64,000 nt of DNA from Minisyncoccota bacterium. GTDB lineage: Bacteria; Patescibacteriota; Minisyncoccia; 2-02-FULL-40-12; IGHO2-12-FULL-4. Below, one piece after another: positions 1 through 9,414 of this stretch (position 1 is the first letter of the stretch; every line of letters starts with the position of its first letter). Under the pieces are notes generated by a model. It searched no databases and was not told the origin of the DNA. It saw only the letters and a list, made by a program, of their open reading frames with translations. Both the position numbers and the translations under genes were made by a program. The DNA lies in assembly GCA_036517795.1 (NCBI GenBank), contig DATDTF010000011.1, positions 9,772-73,771 on the forward strand, in the 5' to 3' direction.

Positions 1-319
1 CAAAATCAAAACAACGGAAAAGAATGGCGCGTTGACATTGTATCTATAATAATCAATAAACTTGACAAAAAAGCAAGTATAGTTCACTTTAAGAATGCGT
101 TGGCCAATCACCAGTAATCAAACCAGTTGACATCCCGCAGGACAAAGAATATGCTTAGCCAAGACTACTGAAAAGAAAAGGGCAAATCCCAACAAAAGGC
201 GGGGTTTTCGACTCTATTCCTAGGTAGATTGTGTTGTTTCTTGACAACATTTTTCTAACACTGGGCCATAGAATTGAAAACTCTGTTTTTTTATTTGTCC
301 AAATTTAACGGAGGGGGAT

Positions 320-2026
320 ATGAGAATCTTTTCACTGGCAGCCGCTTTTTACCTGTTGTTTTTCGTATCAGCCTGCCAGATTGGAGCTCATCTTCCCGTC
401 CCAGGCCGCGAAAAAGAAAAACAAACAGAAGAACAAAAAGAGATAGCCAAACAAAAAAACTCTTTCTTAAATAAACTTAATTCTTTGGAAAAGAATTATC
501 ACTACCTGAACAGCAAGATGCTGGAAAAGCGAAGCCGGGGATACAATACCGCTGAAGCCGAGACTACCTTGACCGCCATACAAAAAAGTTTGGCCGAAGC
601 CAAAGATCTGGCTTATTGGGAAAATTTTGAAGAACTTAAGCTGAAGATTGAAGAAATAAAGATACTTAGTGAAAAGGCAGATGCTTTGATTAAGTCCGCC
701 CCTAAATTTGGCGATAAACCCATAAAAAAAGAAAAAGTACAAAGAAAATATGGACTTGACGACAGAGAGTGGGTCAGAGAAATAAGAGGCGAACCGGACA
801 GGTTGAACAAACATTACCGCTCGCCGATGAGGGTTGAGTTAAGGATTTCTGATCCTTCGGCAGAATTAACCAGCTCAAACTGCTGGAGTGGTTTTATGCA
901 TGTTTTCGTTATAGAAAACCCTCCAAATGTAGAGAGTTGGTATTATCCAGAAGACCAAACCATTTACGTCTTCATGGAAACCAACTCCATTGTTGATCAA
1001 TTCATGCTAAGAAGTGATCTGCCTAGCTCAGAAAGAGACCAACTGCTTACTCAGCTCTGCCCAGCACAGACCTACTCTGGCCACAAACTTATCTATGTTG
1101 GCCCACCCATAACCGATGCCAACCAAATCGTAGACCAGGTTTTTGCAGGATCATTCCGTAGCGCCGATATGTTCGGTGTCGGCGCTTTAGATCGACTGGC
1201 CAAAGCCACAGCCGCCCTACCTGACCTTTCCATAGCTTCCATCGCTTTCAATACCAAACTGGAACCACTGAATAGACAGCAAAAAGAAGAGTTCGATAAA
1301 TTTGCTGAACTTGTAAAGATTATCGATCCAGCTGTGGCCAATTTTATGACAGAAACCGGTGCCATCCAAGAATCTTCCGAACCGGAAAATGTGAAAGACA
1401 AAAAAACGAGGGATTTAATGGGACAGCAGTCCGCTAAAACAAAAAAGGTTCTTGAAGCAGTAAACAGAATCTATAAATGGCAAAGGACACTTAATCCCGA
1501 ACCTAAAGATATCGAGCGCCTAAGCAAACTTTTCCCCGAAAACGAGAAGGAAATTAAGGAGATTCTGGAATTATTCAGTCAAAGCTTGGCCAGTCTATCT
1601 GAACAGTTTGGAGACCTTAGCAAAGAACTCCTGAAATTCAAAAACAGCGGTTTTTTAGAGCTGATTTTTCAAAAGGATTATCCGCCGGCAACCTTTTTTC
1701 TGCTGGAGGGCGTCCGTTTTGAAGAAAAAAAACTTGCCAGTGGAGAAGTCCTTGAACTGCCGGACTTATCAGTAAAAATTACAGTTGAATTAAAAACCAG
1801 CAAGAAAGAACCGCCAACCTTGGTCAAAGAAATGCCGGAAATCAAAATTTCTACAGCCAACCAGTTTGTAAACGCGGTCAAAGAATCGCGCCGCTTAGCC
1901 AGTTTTGGTTTAACATTTCCGACAACCCTTAATCCGGGCAATTATCTGATTACCTTTTTAATTAGCGACAATCTGCGAGCAAAAATAGTCAAACAAACCG
2001 TCAATTGGATAGTTTTACCCGACTAA
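320..2026 (+). CDS. Predicted lipoprotein with coiled-coil, a degenerate GWxTD-like segment and a C-terminal Ig-like domain
   Basis: Hydrophobic N-terminus ending in lipobox-like VSAC. GLDDREWVREIRGEPD...VESWYY resembles the GWxTD-domain pattern. C-terminal LNPGNYLITFLISD is a beta-sandwich motif. RBS GGAGGGGG upstream. Confidence 0.5.
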   Translation: MRIFSLAAAFYLLFFVSACQIGAHLPVPGREKEKQTEEQKEIAKQKNSFLNKLNSLEKNYHYLNSKMLEKRSRGYNTAEAETTLTAIQKSLAEAKDLAYWENFEELKLKIEEIKILSEKADALIKSAPKFGDKPIKKEKVQRKYGLDDREWVREIRGEPDRLNKHYRSPMRVELRISDPSAELTSSNCWSGFMHVFVIENPPNVESWYYPEDQTIYVFMETNSIVDQFMLRSDLPSSERDQLLTQLCPAQTYSGHKLIYVGPPITDANQIVDQVFAGSFRSADMFGVGALDRLAKATAALPDLSIASIAFNTKLEPLNRQQKEEFDKFAELVKIIDPAVANFMTETGAIQESSEPENVKDKKTRDLMGQQSAKTKKVLEAVNRIYKWQRTLNPEPKDIERLSKLFPENEKEIKEILELFSQSLASLSEQFGDLSKELLKFKNSGFLELIFQKDYPPATFFLLEGVRFEEKKLASGEVLELPDLSVKITVELKTSKKEPPTLVKEMPEIKISTANQFVNAVKESRRLASFGLTFPTTLNPGNYLITFLISDNLRAKIVKQTVNWIVLPD

Positions 2027-2028
2027 CC

Positions 2029-2052
2029 GAGGCTTTACAGCCTCTTTTTTTT
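2029..2052 (+). terminator. Rho-independent terminator
   Basis: GAGGCT-ttac-AGCCTC hairpin plus T8 right after the stop at 2026. Confidence 0.7.
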
Positions 2053-2092
2053 GTGTTAATTTTTGCCAAGAACTTTGAAAAAGGAGCGCTAA

Positions 2093-2740
2093 TTGAAACT
2101 ACATACTCAAACCACTCAAACCGCTGTAGTTTTCCTAACCACTTTATTGGTTTTTGTTTCCAGTATCTTTACTGAATTCTCTTATGCCGTTGGTGGACCG
2201 CAGGAAAGCTGGCAACAAGAACCGACCGCCACGACAATTAAGATAGTAGACGGTTTCTTCCACCATCTAGATTTGGAAAAAAAACAAATGCTTGTTGCCA
2301 TAGACAGGCAGGGGAAGATACTACAAAGTATCAATCTTGGCCGAATAAAGTCCGTGTATCTTATCCAAGGCAAACCGGAGAAACTCAAGGGACTTCTGAC
2401 GGGCGGCTCAATCGGAGCTATCGTCGGTTTTTCTTCTCTTTTCTGGAAAAGCCTGACCGACTCCAACAAAGACGCGACGGACAATCAAAAAGACAACAAA
2501 CTGAACATCGCTGATTTGGCAATAAGAATCGGCGGCGGAGCGGGAGTTGGTCTGATTATCGGCTACTTCAGGGATCGGGGAGAAGAAAGCATAAGACCTT
2601 TTCCTGTCTACGATCCTGAAATTAGGCAAACCAATCCCCACCCCAGTATTGATTTTGGTAATATTGAAAACTTGGCAAAAATGCTAAGAGAGAAAGAGTC
2701 TTTTGTCCACGTCACTCTCAAAGAAAAGGAAGAAAAATGA
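2093..2740 (+). CDS. Hypothetical exported/membrane protein with glycine-zipper-like helices
   Basis: Signal-like N-terminus; GLLTGGSIGAIVG and IGGGAGVGLIIG segments; overlaps the next gene by 4 nt. Confidence 0.55.
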   Translation: MKLHTQTTQTAVVFLTTLLVFVSSIFTEFSYAVGGPQESWQQEPTATTIKIVDGFFHHLDLEKKQMLVAIDRQGKILQSINLGRIKSVYLIQGKPEKLKGLLTGGSIGAIVGFSSLFWKSLTDSNKDATDNQKDNKLNIADLAIRIGGGAGVGLIIGYFRDRGEESIRPFPVYDPEIRQTNPHPSIDFGNIENLAKMLREKESFVHVTLKEKEEK

Positions 2741-3897
2741 ATAGAAATCTAAAGTTTCCCTACGTTTTTTTGCTTTGTTTTTTAAGTCTTAACCTTTCTT
2801 CACCGGGACAAGAGTCAACACAGTTCAAAGTAGAGGTAAAGAATGTTCACCTGCCCCTGCTAATTTTTGACAGGGGACAGGCAATAAAGCTTAACAAAGA
2901 AAACTTTAGAATTTTTGAGGGTGAAAAAAATGTTAACGGGCAAGTTGTCTGGGCGGAACAAGGGATAGTAAGTTTCAGCAGATATGAAGACCAGGCCATT
3001 GCTCTAGCGGTAGCCATAGACTCAAGCGAGTCTATGATTCCTACTTTTCAACCCAACACTCAACTTGAAGAAAACAAACTGGAGCAAGCCAAAAATGCCG
3101 CCCGTTCACTGTTTCAATCAGTTTTTAGGGAAGAAAAAGACATCGGCTTAGCTTCAGAAATCGCTTATGAAGTTAACTTTCTGGACTCTGGTAAGCTGGA
3201 AGAAGCTTTCGGCGTCAATATCCCAAGGAGTTTCTTTTTTAGAAACACCTATTTCTCCTTCATCAAAAAATACAACACCGTAACCCTTGCCTCAACCAGT
3301 CTTTTCATCAATCAGGACTGGACTGACAATCTAAAAAAAATTGAGATCGGCATAAGCAAAGCCAATCAGCCCGGAGGCAACACACCACTAAGAGACGCTG
3401 CGTTTAATTTAGCCCAACACTTTTCTCATGTTAACGGCGATTTCCTAAGAGTGGCGGTTATTCTGACCGACGGTCTGGACATGCCAGACCCCCAAACAAC
3501 GGGTGAGGTAAAAATCAACAGCCACAGTTTGGCCGAAGTTATAAGTGAACTGCAAAACAACCAAGTGTTGGTTTATACTGTCGGCCTTTACCAGCAGGAA
3601 CCGGCTCTTTTGTTCGGCTCTAATCGGGCAGTTCAGGTGACAGATTTTCTAGAAGAGTTGGCGAAAAACACAGGCGGACTGGCTTTCTTTGAAGCAAACC
3701 TCTCGAGGTTAAGCGCTGTATTTTTCAAAATTGGCGCGATGATTAGAAGTGTTAATTTTTTGAGCTATGAACCGACCAGCAACATTGAGGGCGCGAGACT
3801 AATCAAGGTAGAGACAGGGGGGTGGGATTACAACAAAAAATGGCACAAAAAAAACTACACTCTTTTTCACAGACAAGGATATTTTTACAAAAAGTAA
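2737..3897 (+). CDS. Exported VWA-domain protein (Acidobacteria-type VWFA-related family)
   Basis: MIDAS motif AIDSSESM, GNTPLRDA, VILTDGLD, LEELAKNTGG and a C-terminal HRQGYF; signal peptide present. Confidence 0.8.
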   Translation: MNRNLKFPYVFLLCFLSLNLSSPGQESTQFKVEVKNVHLPLLIFDRGQAIKLNKENFRIFEGEKNVNGQVVWAEQGIVSFSRYEDQAIALAVAIDSSESMIPTFQPNTQLEENKLEQAKNAARSLFQSVFREEKDIGLASEIAYEVNFLDSGKLEEAFGVNIPRSFFFRNTYFSFIKKYNTVTLASTSLFINQDWTDNLKKIEIGISKANQPGGNTPLRDAAFNLAQHFSHVNGDFLRVAVILTDGLDMPDPQTTGEVKINSHSLAEVISELQNNQVLVYTVGLYQQEPALLFGSNRAVQVTDFLEELAKNTGGLAFFEANLSRLSAVFFKIGAMIRSVNFLSYEPTSNIEGARLIKVETGGWDYNKKWHKKNYTLFHRQGYFYKK

Positions 3898-3969
3898 CGG
3901 ACGGCAAAACGCCGTCTTTTTATTTTTGTGTCGCTTCGCCAATACTGCTTTTTCCGGTCAATTAAAACC

Positions 3970-4130
3970 AAGCTTCGCAGATATAGCCTTTTCGGTACTT
4001 TCGTCTGCTCCAGCGGCAGACTCACTCGCTGTTCGCCTGGGTTTCAGGAGGAGTTAAGATTAATTATACTCCTCCTGACCAAGCAAACCGCAGGCTCACA
4101 GCGACCTCAAAGACTATATCTGCTACGCTT
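3970..4130. other. Highly structured ~160-nt intergenic element (ncRNA or MITE-like)
   Basis: Nested complementary pairs GCAGATATAG/CTATATCTGC, TCGCTGT/ACAGCGA, GCCTG/CAGGC and TCAGGAGGAGT/ACTCCTCCTGA. Confidence 0.55.
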
Positions 4131-4186
4131 TCATATTTCACCCAATGTTAACCAAAAACCTCTTGTTTTCCAACATTTTTTGACCA

Positions 4187-4216
4187 TTGACTAGGGTGGT
4201 GTAAATTTGGTATAAT
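4187..4216 (+). promoter_or_regulatory. Sigma70-type promoter
   Basis: TTGACT-18 nt-TATAAT with an extended -10 TG, upstream of the ORF at 4318. Confidence 0.6.
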
Positions 4217-4317
4217 ATAGATATAGTAAAGCACTTAGACAACCAAGACGAGGGTCGGATATTGAATCTTTAAAAAGGTCCGGCCTTGTCAGCCCAAACG
4301 GGCAAAAAGGAGAGCAA

Positions 4318-5067
4318 ATGAGAGCTTTGAGAATTTGGTTAGGTTTTTTATTGGGATTTCTGATTGGGGTGGTTTTTTTTACCTCAATCGGCTTGGCCCA
4401 GGACGAACTATCCAGGGTCATTAATAGCAATGTCCGGCTCATCGAGCGGAATCATGTCCGTGGGGACGTTGCCAATGCTCGGGCCGGAATCCACAATTTC
4501 ATGTACCATAACCAGTACGGTTATGGTTACGAAAACGACGGCTACTTCTATGGAACCGACCAGTACGGTCGGGGAAACCGTGGGAGGACCCGCATCAGTC
4601 CCATTGAAGTTGGGATTGGTGGAGCCATAATCGGCGGAACCGTCGGCGGATGGAAAGGCGCCGCTATTGGTGGCGTCAGTGGTTATTTCGGGACGAAGGC
4701 CGTAAAAGTCATCGTCAACCACAAAAGAAATAAGAAAGCCGAAAAAGAAGCCGAGGCTATGGCCACCCAAGCAGAGGCGGAAGCTCAAGCCATGCTTGAG
4801 AAAAAGTTTTTCTGGAACGACTTTGAGTCTGTATCCGTCGGGGTTTTCTATCAAGATAACTCCGGCTCACAGTACAAAAAGGTCGGTCCAGGACAACGTG
4901 TTGAGTTGTTCGTTCTGCCCGGTACCGAGATTGGAGTCATGGCCGAGAACATGACAACTCGGGAGGGACGAAATATTAACCTGGAGCTTCGATACGGAAA
5001 TGGTAAACAGAAGCTCCCTGCCAACTCCGGGTGGAGAGTATTCAACCCGGAGACAGGAGGCTATTAG
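4318..5067 (+). CDS. Hypothetical exported protein with glycine zipper
   Basis: Signal peptide; GIGGAIIGGTVGGWKGAAIGG; AGGAG RBS. Confidence 0.6.
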   Translation: MRALRIWLGFLLGFLIGVVFFTSIGLAQDELSRVINSNVRLIERNHVRGDVANARAGIHNFMYHNQYGYGYENDGYFYGTDQYGRGNRGRTRISPIEVGIGGAIIGGTVGGWKGAAIGGVSGYFGTKAVKVIVNHKRNKKAEKEAEAMATQAEAEAQAMLEKKFFWNDFESVSVGVFYQDNSGSQYKKVGPGQRVELFVLPGTEIGVMAENMTTREGRNINLELRYGNGKQKLPANSGWRVFNPETGGY

Positions 5068-5426
5068 TGAAAGCAAATGTGAAGTGGCAACAGGGGGTAC
5101 TACGACCCTCTACGCCGATCCGAAGAAAAGAATCATTAACATCGACCAGTTGGTTTACATTTCTTCACTGGATGTTGGGACTGGGGGGAATTGCCCTCAT
5201 GGCTTGGATCTTCTTCGGAGGATTCAAGCTGGGGGAGCATTCTTCCGCCACCCCCATCCCAGTAAAAATTGAGGTACCGGGGCTAGAAAAAACTGCTACA
5301 GCGTTGGAGGCTGTAGCGGGGAAGTTGAAAGAAACTCCAACAACCCCATCAGCTTCGGGCGAAGTGGAAGAGGCTGGAGTAAAGCCTATTCCCAAGCCCA
5401 AAAGCTTATGGGAGTTGAATCCCTAG
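5067..5426 (+). CDS. Small hypothetical membrane protein
   Basis: GTG at 5067 follows AGGAGG and overlaps the upstream stop; one TM segment; terminator at 5458-5484 follows. Confidence 0.5.
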   Translation: MKANVKWQQGVLRPSTPIRRKESLTSTSWFTFLHWMLGLGGIALMAWIFFGGFKLGEHSSATPIPVKIEVPGLEKTATALEAVAGKLKETPTTPSASGEVEEAGVKPIPKPKSLWELNP

Positions 5427-5499
5427 TTCTGTAGTTCTCTGGCCAAGAATTTCGGCCACCCTGTCTTAAAAAGACAGGGTTTTTCATTGATTGAAAGAT

Positions 5500-5530
5500 A
5501 ATCAATCCAAGGGCAGCCCTTGGATTGATT
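5500..5530. repeat. REP-like palindrome 1 (upstream of RAYT)
   Basis: AATCAATCCAAGGGC-A-GCCCTTGGATTGATT, perfect 15-bp arms. Confidence 0.85.
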
Positions 5531-5712
5531 GGTGTTTTGTTTTATACTTATTGTCATGGAACGTAAAATTATCTTTTCACCAGGAGAGTACTATCATGTT
5601 TATAATCGTGGTGTTGAAAAACGTAAAATTTTTCTTGAGGATAGAGATTATAATCGTTTTTTAAAAATGCTTTTTTTGGCAAATGGGTCTAACCCAATTG
5701 TTTTTAAAACTG

Positions 5713-5731
5713 TCCAAGGGCTGCCCTTGGA
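5713..5731. repeat. REP-like palindrome 2 (inside the RAYT coding sequence)
   Basis: TCCAAGGGC-T-GCCCTTGGA, encoding VQGLPLD. Confidence 0.8.
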
Positions 5732-6207
5732 TAAACTTGAGCCAGGAGAAAGAGTGGTTGCTATTGGTGCTTTTGTTCTAATGCCCAACCATTTTCATAT
5801 TCTTGTAAAAGAAAGGGTGGCAGGTGGTTTAACAAACTTTATGCTGAAACTTACCACAGGATATGCTATGTATTTCAATAAAAAATATGAGAGAGTTGGT
5901 TCATTATTCCAGAGTAGGTTTAAGGCGGAACACGTTGACGATGACGACTATCTAAAATATTTATTTTCGTATATACATTTGAATCCAATTAAAATTATTG
6001 AGTCGTCTTGGAAAGAAACAGGGATAACGAACATTAAAAAAGCAGAAGTATTCCTCAATAACTACCGATATTCTAGTTACCCTGATTATGTAGCAGGGTA
6101 TAGGCCAGAAAAAAAGATTCTTAACCTGAAAGAGTTTCCAAATTATTTTGAAAATAAACATATTTTCGCCAACTTTCATAAGGAATGGTTGGTTTTAAAA
6201 GCCAACT

Positions 6208-6248
6208 ATCATCAACTATCCAAGGGCTGCCCTTGGATAGTTGATGAT
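6208..6248. repeat. REP-like palindrome 3 (RAYT 3' end)
   Basis: ATCATCAACTATCCAAGGGC-T-GCCCTTGGATAGTTGATGAT, perfect 20-bp arms. Confidence 0.85.
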
Positions 6249-6260
6249 TATAAAAAATAA

Positions 6261-6710
6261 ATGCAATTTCTATCAAAAAGCTCAAAACAAACACAAAAAT
6301 TGGCAGAAAATTTGGCTAAGGAAAGTGTTAAAAAATACTTTCAAAAAAAAGGATCCTTGATAGTTGGTTTGGAAGGTGAGCTCGGTGCGGGAAAAACTAC
6401 TTTCGTGAAAGGTTTCGCCAAAGGCCTGGGTCTAAAAAATAAAATTTCCAGCCCGACTTTTGTTTTAATGAAATCCTATAACTTAAAACTTGTAACCTAT
6501 AACAATCTTTACCACATTGACGCCTATAGGCTCAAAGACCACAAAGATTTAATTAAACTGGGTATAAAAGAAATTTTAAATGACCCAAAAAATTTAGTCT
6601 TAATTGAATGGTCTGACAGAGTAAAAAAAATACTGCCAAAAAATTATCTGAAGATTCACATAGACCACATAGACGAGATGACCAGAAAGATCTTAATTAG
6701 GACCTTATAA
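6261..6710 (+). CDS. tsaE: tRNA threonylcarbamoyladenosine biosynthesis ATPase TsaE
   Basis: GELGAGKTTF, SSPTF, HIDAYRL and LIEW motifs. Confidence 0.95.
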   Translation: MQFLSKSSKQTQKLAENLAKESVKKYFQKKGSLIVGLEGELGAGKTTFVKGFAKGLGLKNKISSPTFVLMKSYNLKLVTYNNLYHIDAYRLKDHKDLIKLGIKEILNDPKNLVLIEWSDRVKKILPKNYLKIHIDHIDEMTRKILIRTL

Positions 6711-6816
6711 ACCTTCGCAAAAAAAGATTTTATTTAGAACCGAAGGCAAGTGCCTCTTTTGCAGTTCGGCGGCGACAGTCCGACGCAAAAAAGAGGCATC
6801 CCACGAAGGTTTTCTT

Positions 6817-9414
6817 ATGAAAAAGTTAATTCTAATTGACGCCAATGCTTTGGTCCACCGAGCCTTTCATGCTTTGCCGCCTTTAACTTCCCCGCAGGGC
6901 GTGATTGTCAATGCAGTTTACGGCTTTACCTCGGTACTGCTTAAGACCATAAAAGACATGCAGCCGGATTATATGGCTGCCGCTTTTGACTTGGCCGGAC
7001 CGACTTTCCGCCACGAAGAGTTTGAGGAATACAAAGCTCACCGCCAAAAAGCACCTGACGAACTTTATGCACAAATCCCTCTCATCCAAGAAGTTTTAAA
7101 AGCCTTCGGAATAGAAATTTTTACAAAAGAAGGTTACGAAGCTGATGACCTTATCGGTTCTTTGGCTGAAAAAGCTAAAAAAAATCAACAGAATGGCGGA
7201 CTGCAAACAGTTATTCTGACCGGGGATTTAGATACGCTCCAGTTAGTTGAAGATGATAAAGTCGTTGTTTTTACCCTACGCAAAGGAGTAAGCGATACGG
7301 TAACCTACAATGAAAAATCTGTCTTAGAACGTTATGGCCTGGAACCTTACCAAGTTGTGGATTTCAAAGGATTAAAAGGTGATCCGTCAGACAATATCCC
7401 CGGAGTTCCCGGTATAGGCGAAAAAACAGCTATGGCCCTCCTGCAAAAATATGAAACAGTTGAAAACCTATATGACCAGCTTAAGAAAATTAAAGAGTTC
7501 AAAAAAGGTGAGGTCTTGAGCGCCAAGCTGGCCCAGAAACTTAAAGAAAATGAAAAACAGGCAGTCTTCAGTAAAAGATTGGCAACAATCATCACTGATC
7601 TTGATATTGATTTCTCATTGGAGAAAGTAAATTGGAAAAATAAATATAACAAAGGAACAGTTACTCAAGTTCTGAAAAACTTAGGTTTTAACAGCCTACT
7701 TGCTCGCCTTCCGGACGGACAGGCATCCTTACCTGAACTTGACACAATAAAAAACAAAAACCAATCCGAAAATCGGGAAAGTGAGCAAAAGAGCTTGCGT
7801 TTTAATGAACCACAGCCTTTGATTTTACAAACTTCCGACCCGAGTGTCGCTTACTTAAACGGTGACACCACCACACCAGAAAAGATATCTTCAAAACTTA
7901 AAGATATCTTAGAAGATGGAAACATTGCCAAAAGAGGGCATAATCTGAAGCCTGTTGTTAAACTTCTCCTAAACCAAGACATCCGCGTTAAAAATCTTGA
8001 CTTTGACACGGCCCTGGCATCTTACTTGGTGAGACCGGAACTTAAAGACTACGACTTAGACAAAATCTACTTTATGGAGTTTGCCCAATCTTTTACAGAT
8101 ACGGGTTCAGCCTTACCAAAGTTAGTGGAGGTTCTCGGAAAAAAACTAAAAGAAAAAGGGCTGATGAAGGTTTTTGAAGAAATTGAAATGCCTCTTATCC
8201 CGGTTCTGGCGGAAATGGAAAAAAACGGCATCAAGATTAACACAGCCGGCTTGGAAAAATTATCAGAAAAAGTAAATACTGAAATTACCGGCTTGGAAAA
8301 GAAAATTTATGAATTAGCCGGACAAGAATTTAATATCAACTCACCCCAACAACTCGGAGAAATTCTTTTTGACAAGCTTCAACTTAAAACTAGGGTCAGG
8401 AAGACCGGCGGGGGAGCACGTTCAACGGCCGTGTCCGAACTTGAAAAACTGCACGACGAACATCCGATAATTAAGCTGGTCATGCAATACCGCGAACTTC
8501 AAAAACTGAAGACAACTTATATTGAACCGTTTCCGACTCTCGTTGACCCCGAAGATAGCCGCCTGCACACCACCTACAACCAAACAGGAACAGTTACCGG
8601 CAGGCTTTCCAGCCAAGACCCAAATCTCCAAAACATTCCCATTCGCACTGAACTTGGACAAGAGTTTAGAAAAGCCTTTGTTGCTGAAGACAGCTGGCAG
8701 CTTCTGTCACTTGATTATTCTCAAATTGAGTTAAGAGTAGCCGCCTACCTGTCTGGCGATCAAAAAATGATTGCGGCTTTTCAAAACAATGAAGACATTC
8801 ACACCAGAACCGCCGCCGAAGTATTTGAGGTCAGCCCCGATAAAGTTACCCATCAAATGCGTAGAGAAGCCAAAGCCCTCAACTTCGGCATTTTGTTCGG
8901 TATGGGAGTTCTGGGTTTTGCCCGTTCTGCGGGCGTGGATAAAATGCGCGCCAGAGAGTTTATTACAAAATATCTAAACAAGTTTTCAGGCATGGCAGAC
9001 TACATGGAAAAAGCCAAGACTGAAGCCAAAGAAAAAGGCTATGTTCAAACTTACTTCGGCAGAAGAAGGGATTTGCCGGAGATAAATTCCAGCATGCCTC
9101 ACATGGTAGCCCAAGCTGAAAGAATGGCCATTAATGCCCCGATACAAGGGACGGAAGCCGATATTATGAAGCTGGCAATGATAGGGGTTTACAATTTCAT
9201 ACACGAAAGTAAGATTGAAAACGAAGCTAGAATTTTACTTCAAGTCCATGATGAGTTACTGTGTGAAGTAAAGAAAGAGAAGATACGGGAGATATCAGGC
9301 AAATTTAAAGAAATTATGGAAAAAGTATGGACTCCCATCTCAAAAAACAACCAAGCTTCAGTTCCCATAGTAGTTGACGTGAAAATAGGGGAAAACTGGG
9401 CGGAAATGTCATGA
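6817..9414 (+). CDS. polA: DNA polymerase I
   Basis: 5'-3' exonuclease motifs (LIDANALVHRAFHA, GYEADD, GDPSDNIPGVPGIG) and polymerase A motifs (DYSQIELR, KALNFG, QVHDEL). Confidence 0.97.
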   Translation: MKKLILIDANALVHRAFHALPPLTSPQGVIVNAVYGFTSVLLKTIKDMQPDYMAAAFDLAGPTFRHEEFEEYKAHRQKAPDELYAQIPLIQEVLKAFGIEIFTKEGYEADDLIGSLAEKAKKNQQNGGLQTVILTGDLDTLQLVEDDKVVVFTLRKGVSDTVTYNEKSVLERYGLEPYQVVDFKGLKGDPSDNIPGVPGIGEKTAMALLQKYETVENLYDQLKKIKEFKKGEVLSAKLAQKLKENEKQAVFSKRLATIITDLDIDFSLEKVNWKNKYNKGTVTQVLKNLGFNSLLARLPDGQASLPELDTIKNKNQSENRESEQKSLRFNEPQPLILQTSDPSVAYLNGDTTTPEKISSKLKDILEDGNIAKRGHNLKPVVKLLLNQDIRVKNLDFDTALASYLVRPELKDYDLDKIYFMEFAQSFTDTGSALPKLVEVLGKKLKEKGLMKVFEEIEMPLIPVLAEMEKNGIKINTAGLEKLSEKVNTEITGLEKKIYELAGQEFNINSPQQLGEILFDKLQLKTRVRKTGGGARSTAVSELEKLHDEHPIIKLVMQYRELQKLKTTYIEPFPTLVDPEDSRLHTTYNQTGTVTGRLSSQDPNLQNIPIRTELGQEFRKAFVAEDSWQLLSLDYSQIELRVAAYLSGDQKMIAAFQNNEDIHTRTAAEVFEVSPDKVTHQMRREAKALNFGILFGMGVLGFARSAGVDKMRAREFITKYLNKFSGMADYMEKAKTEAKEKGYVQTYFGRRRDLPEINSSMPHMVAQAERMAINAPIQGTEADIMKLAMIGVYNFIHESKIENEARILLQVHDELLCEVKKEKIREISGKFKEIMEKVWTPISKNNQASVPIVVDVKIGENWAEMS

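Larger units (their letters stand above)
5556..6260 (+). mobile_element. REP-associated tyrosine transposase (RAYT, IS200/Y1 HUH family)
   Basis: YYHVYNRG, MPNHFH (HUH), LFQSRF, YIHLNP and YSSY motifs; ATG at 5556 lies 7 nt after TATACT. Confidence 0.9.

Noticed and set aside
175-215. GGGCAAATCCC... resembling a c-di-GMP-I riboswitch
   Set aside because: The GAAA-loop stem and the downstream GACGCAAA/second stem are missing.
7706-7724. Imperfect palindrome GCCTTCCGGACGGACAGGC in the polA linker
   Set aside because: REP-like in appearance but single, short and imperfect in this window, so it cannot be supported.
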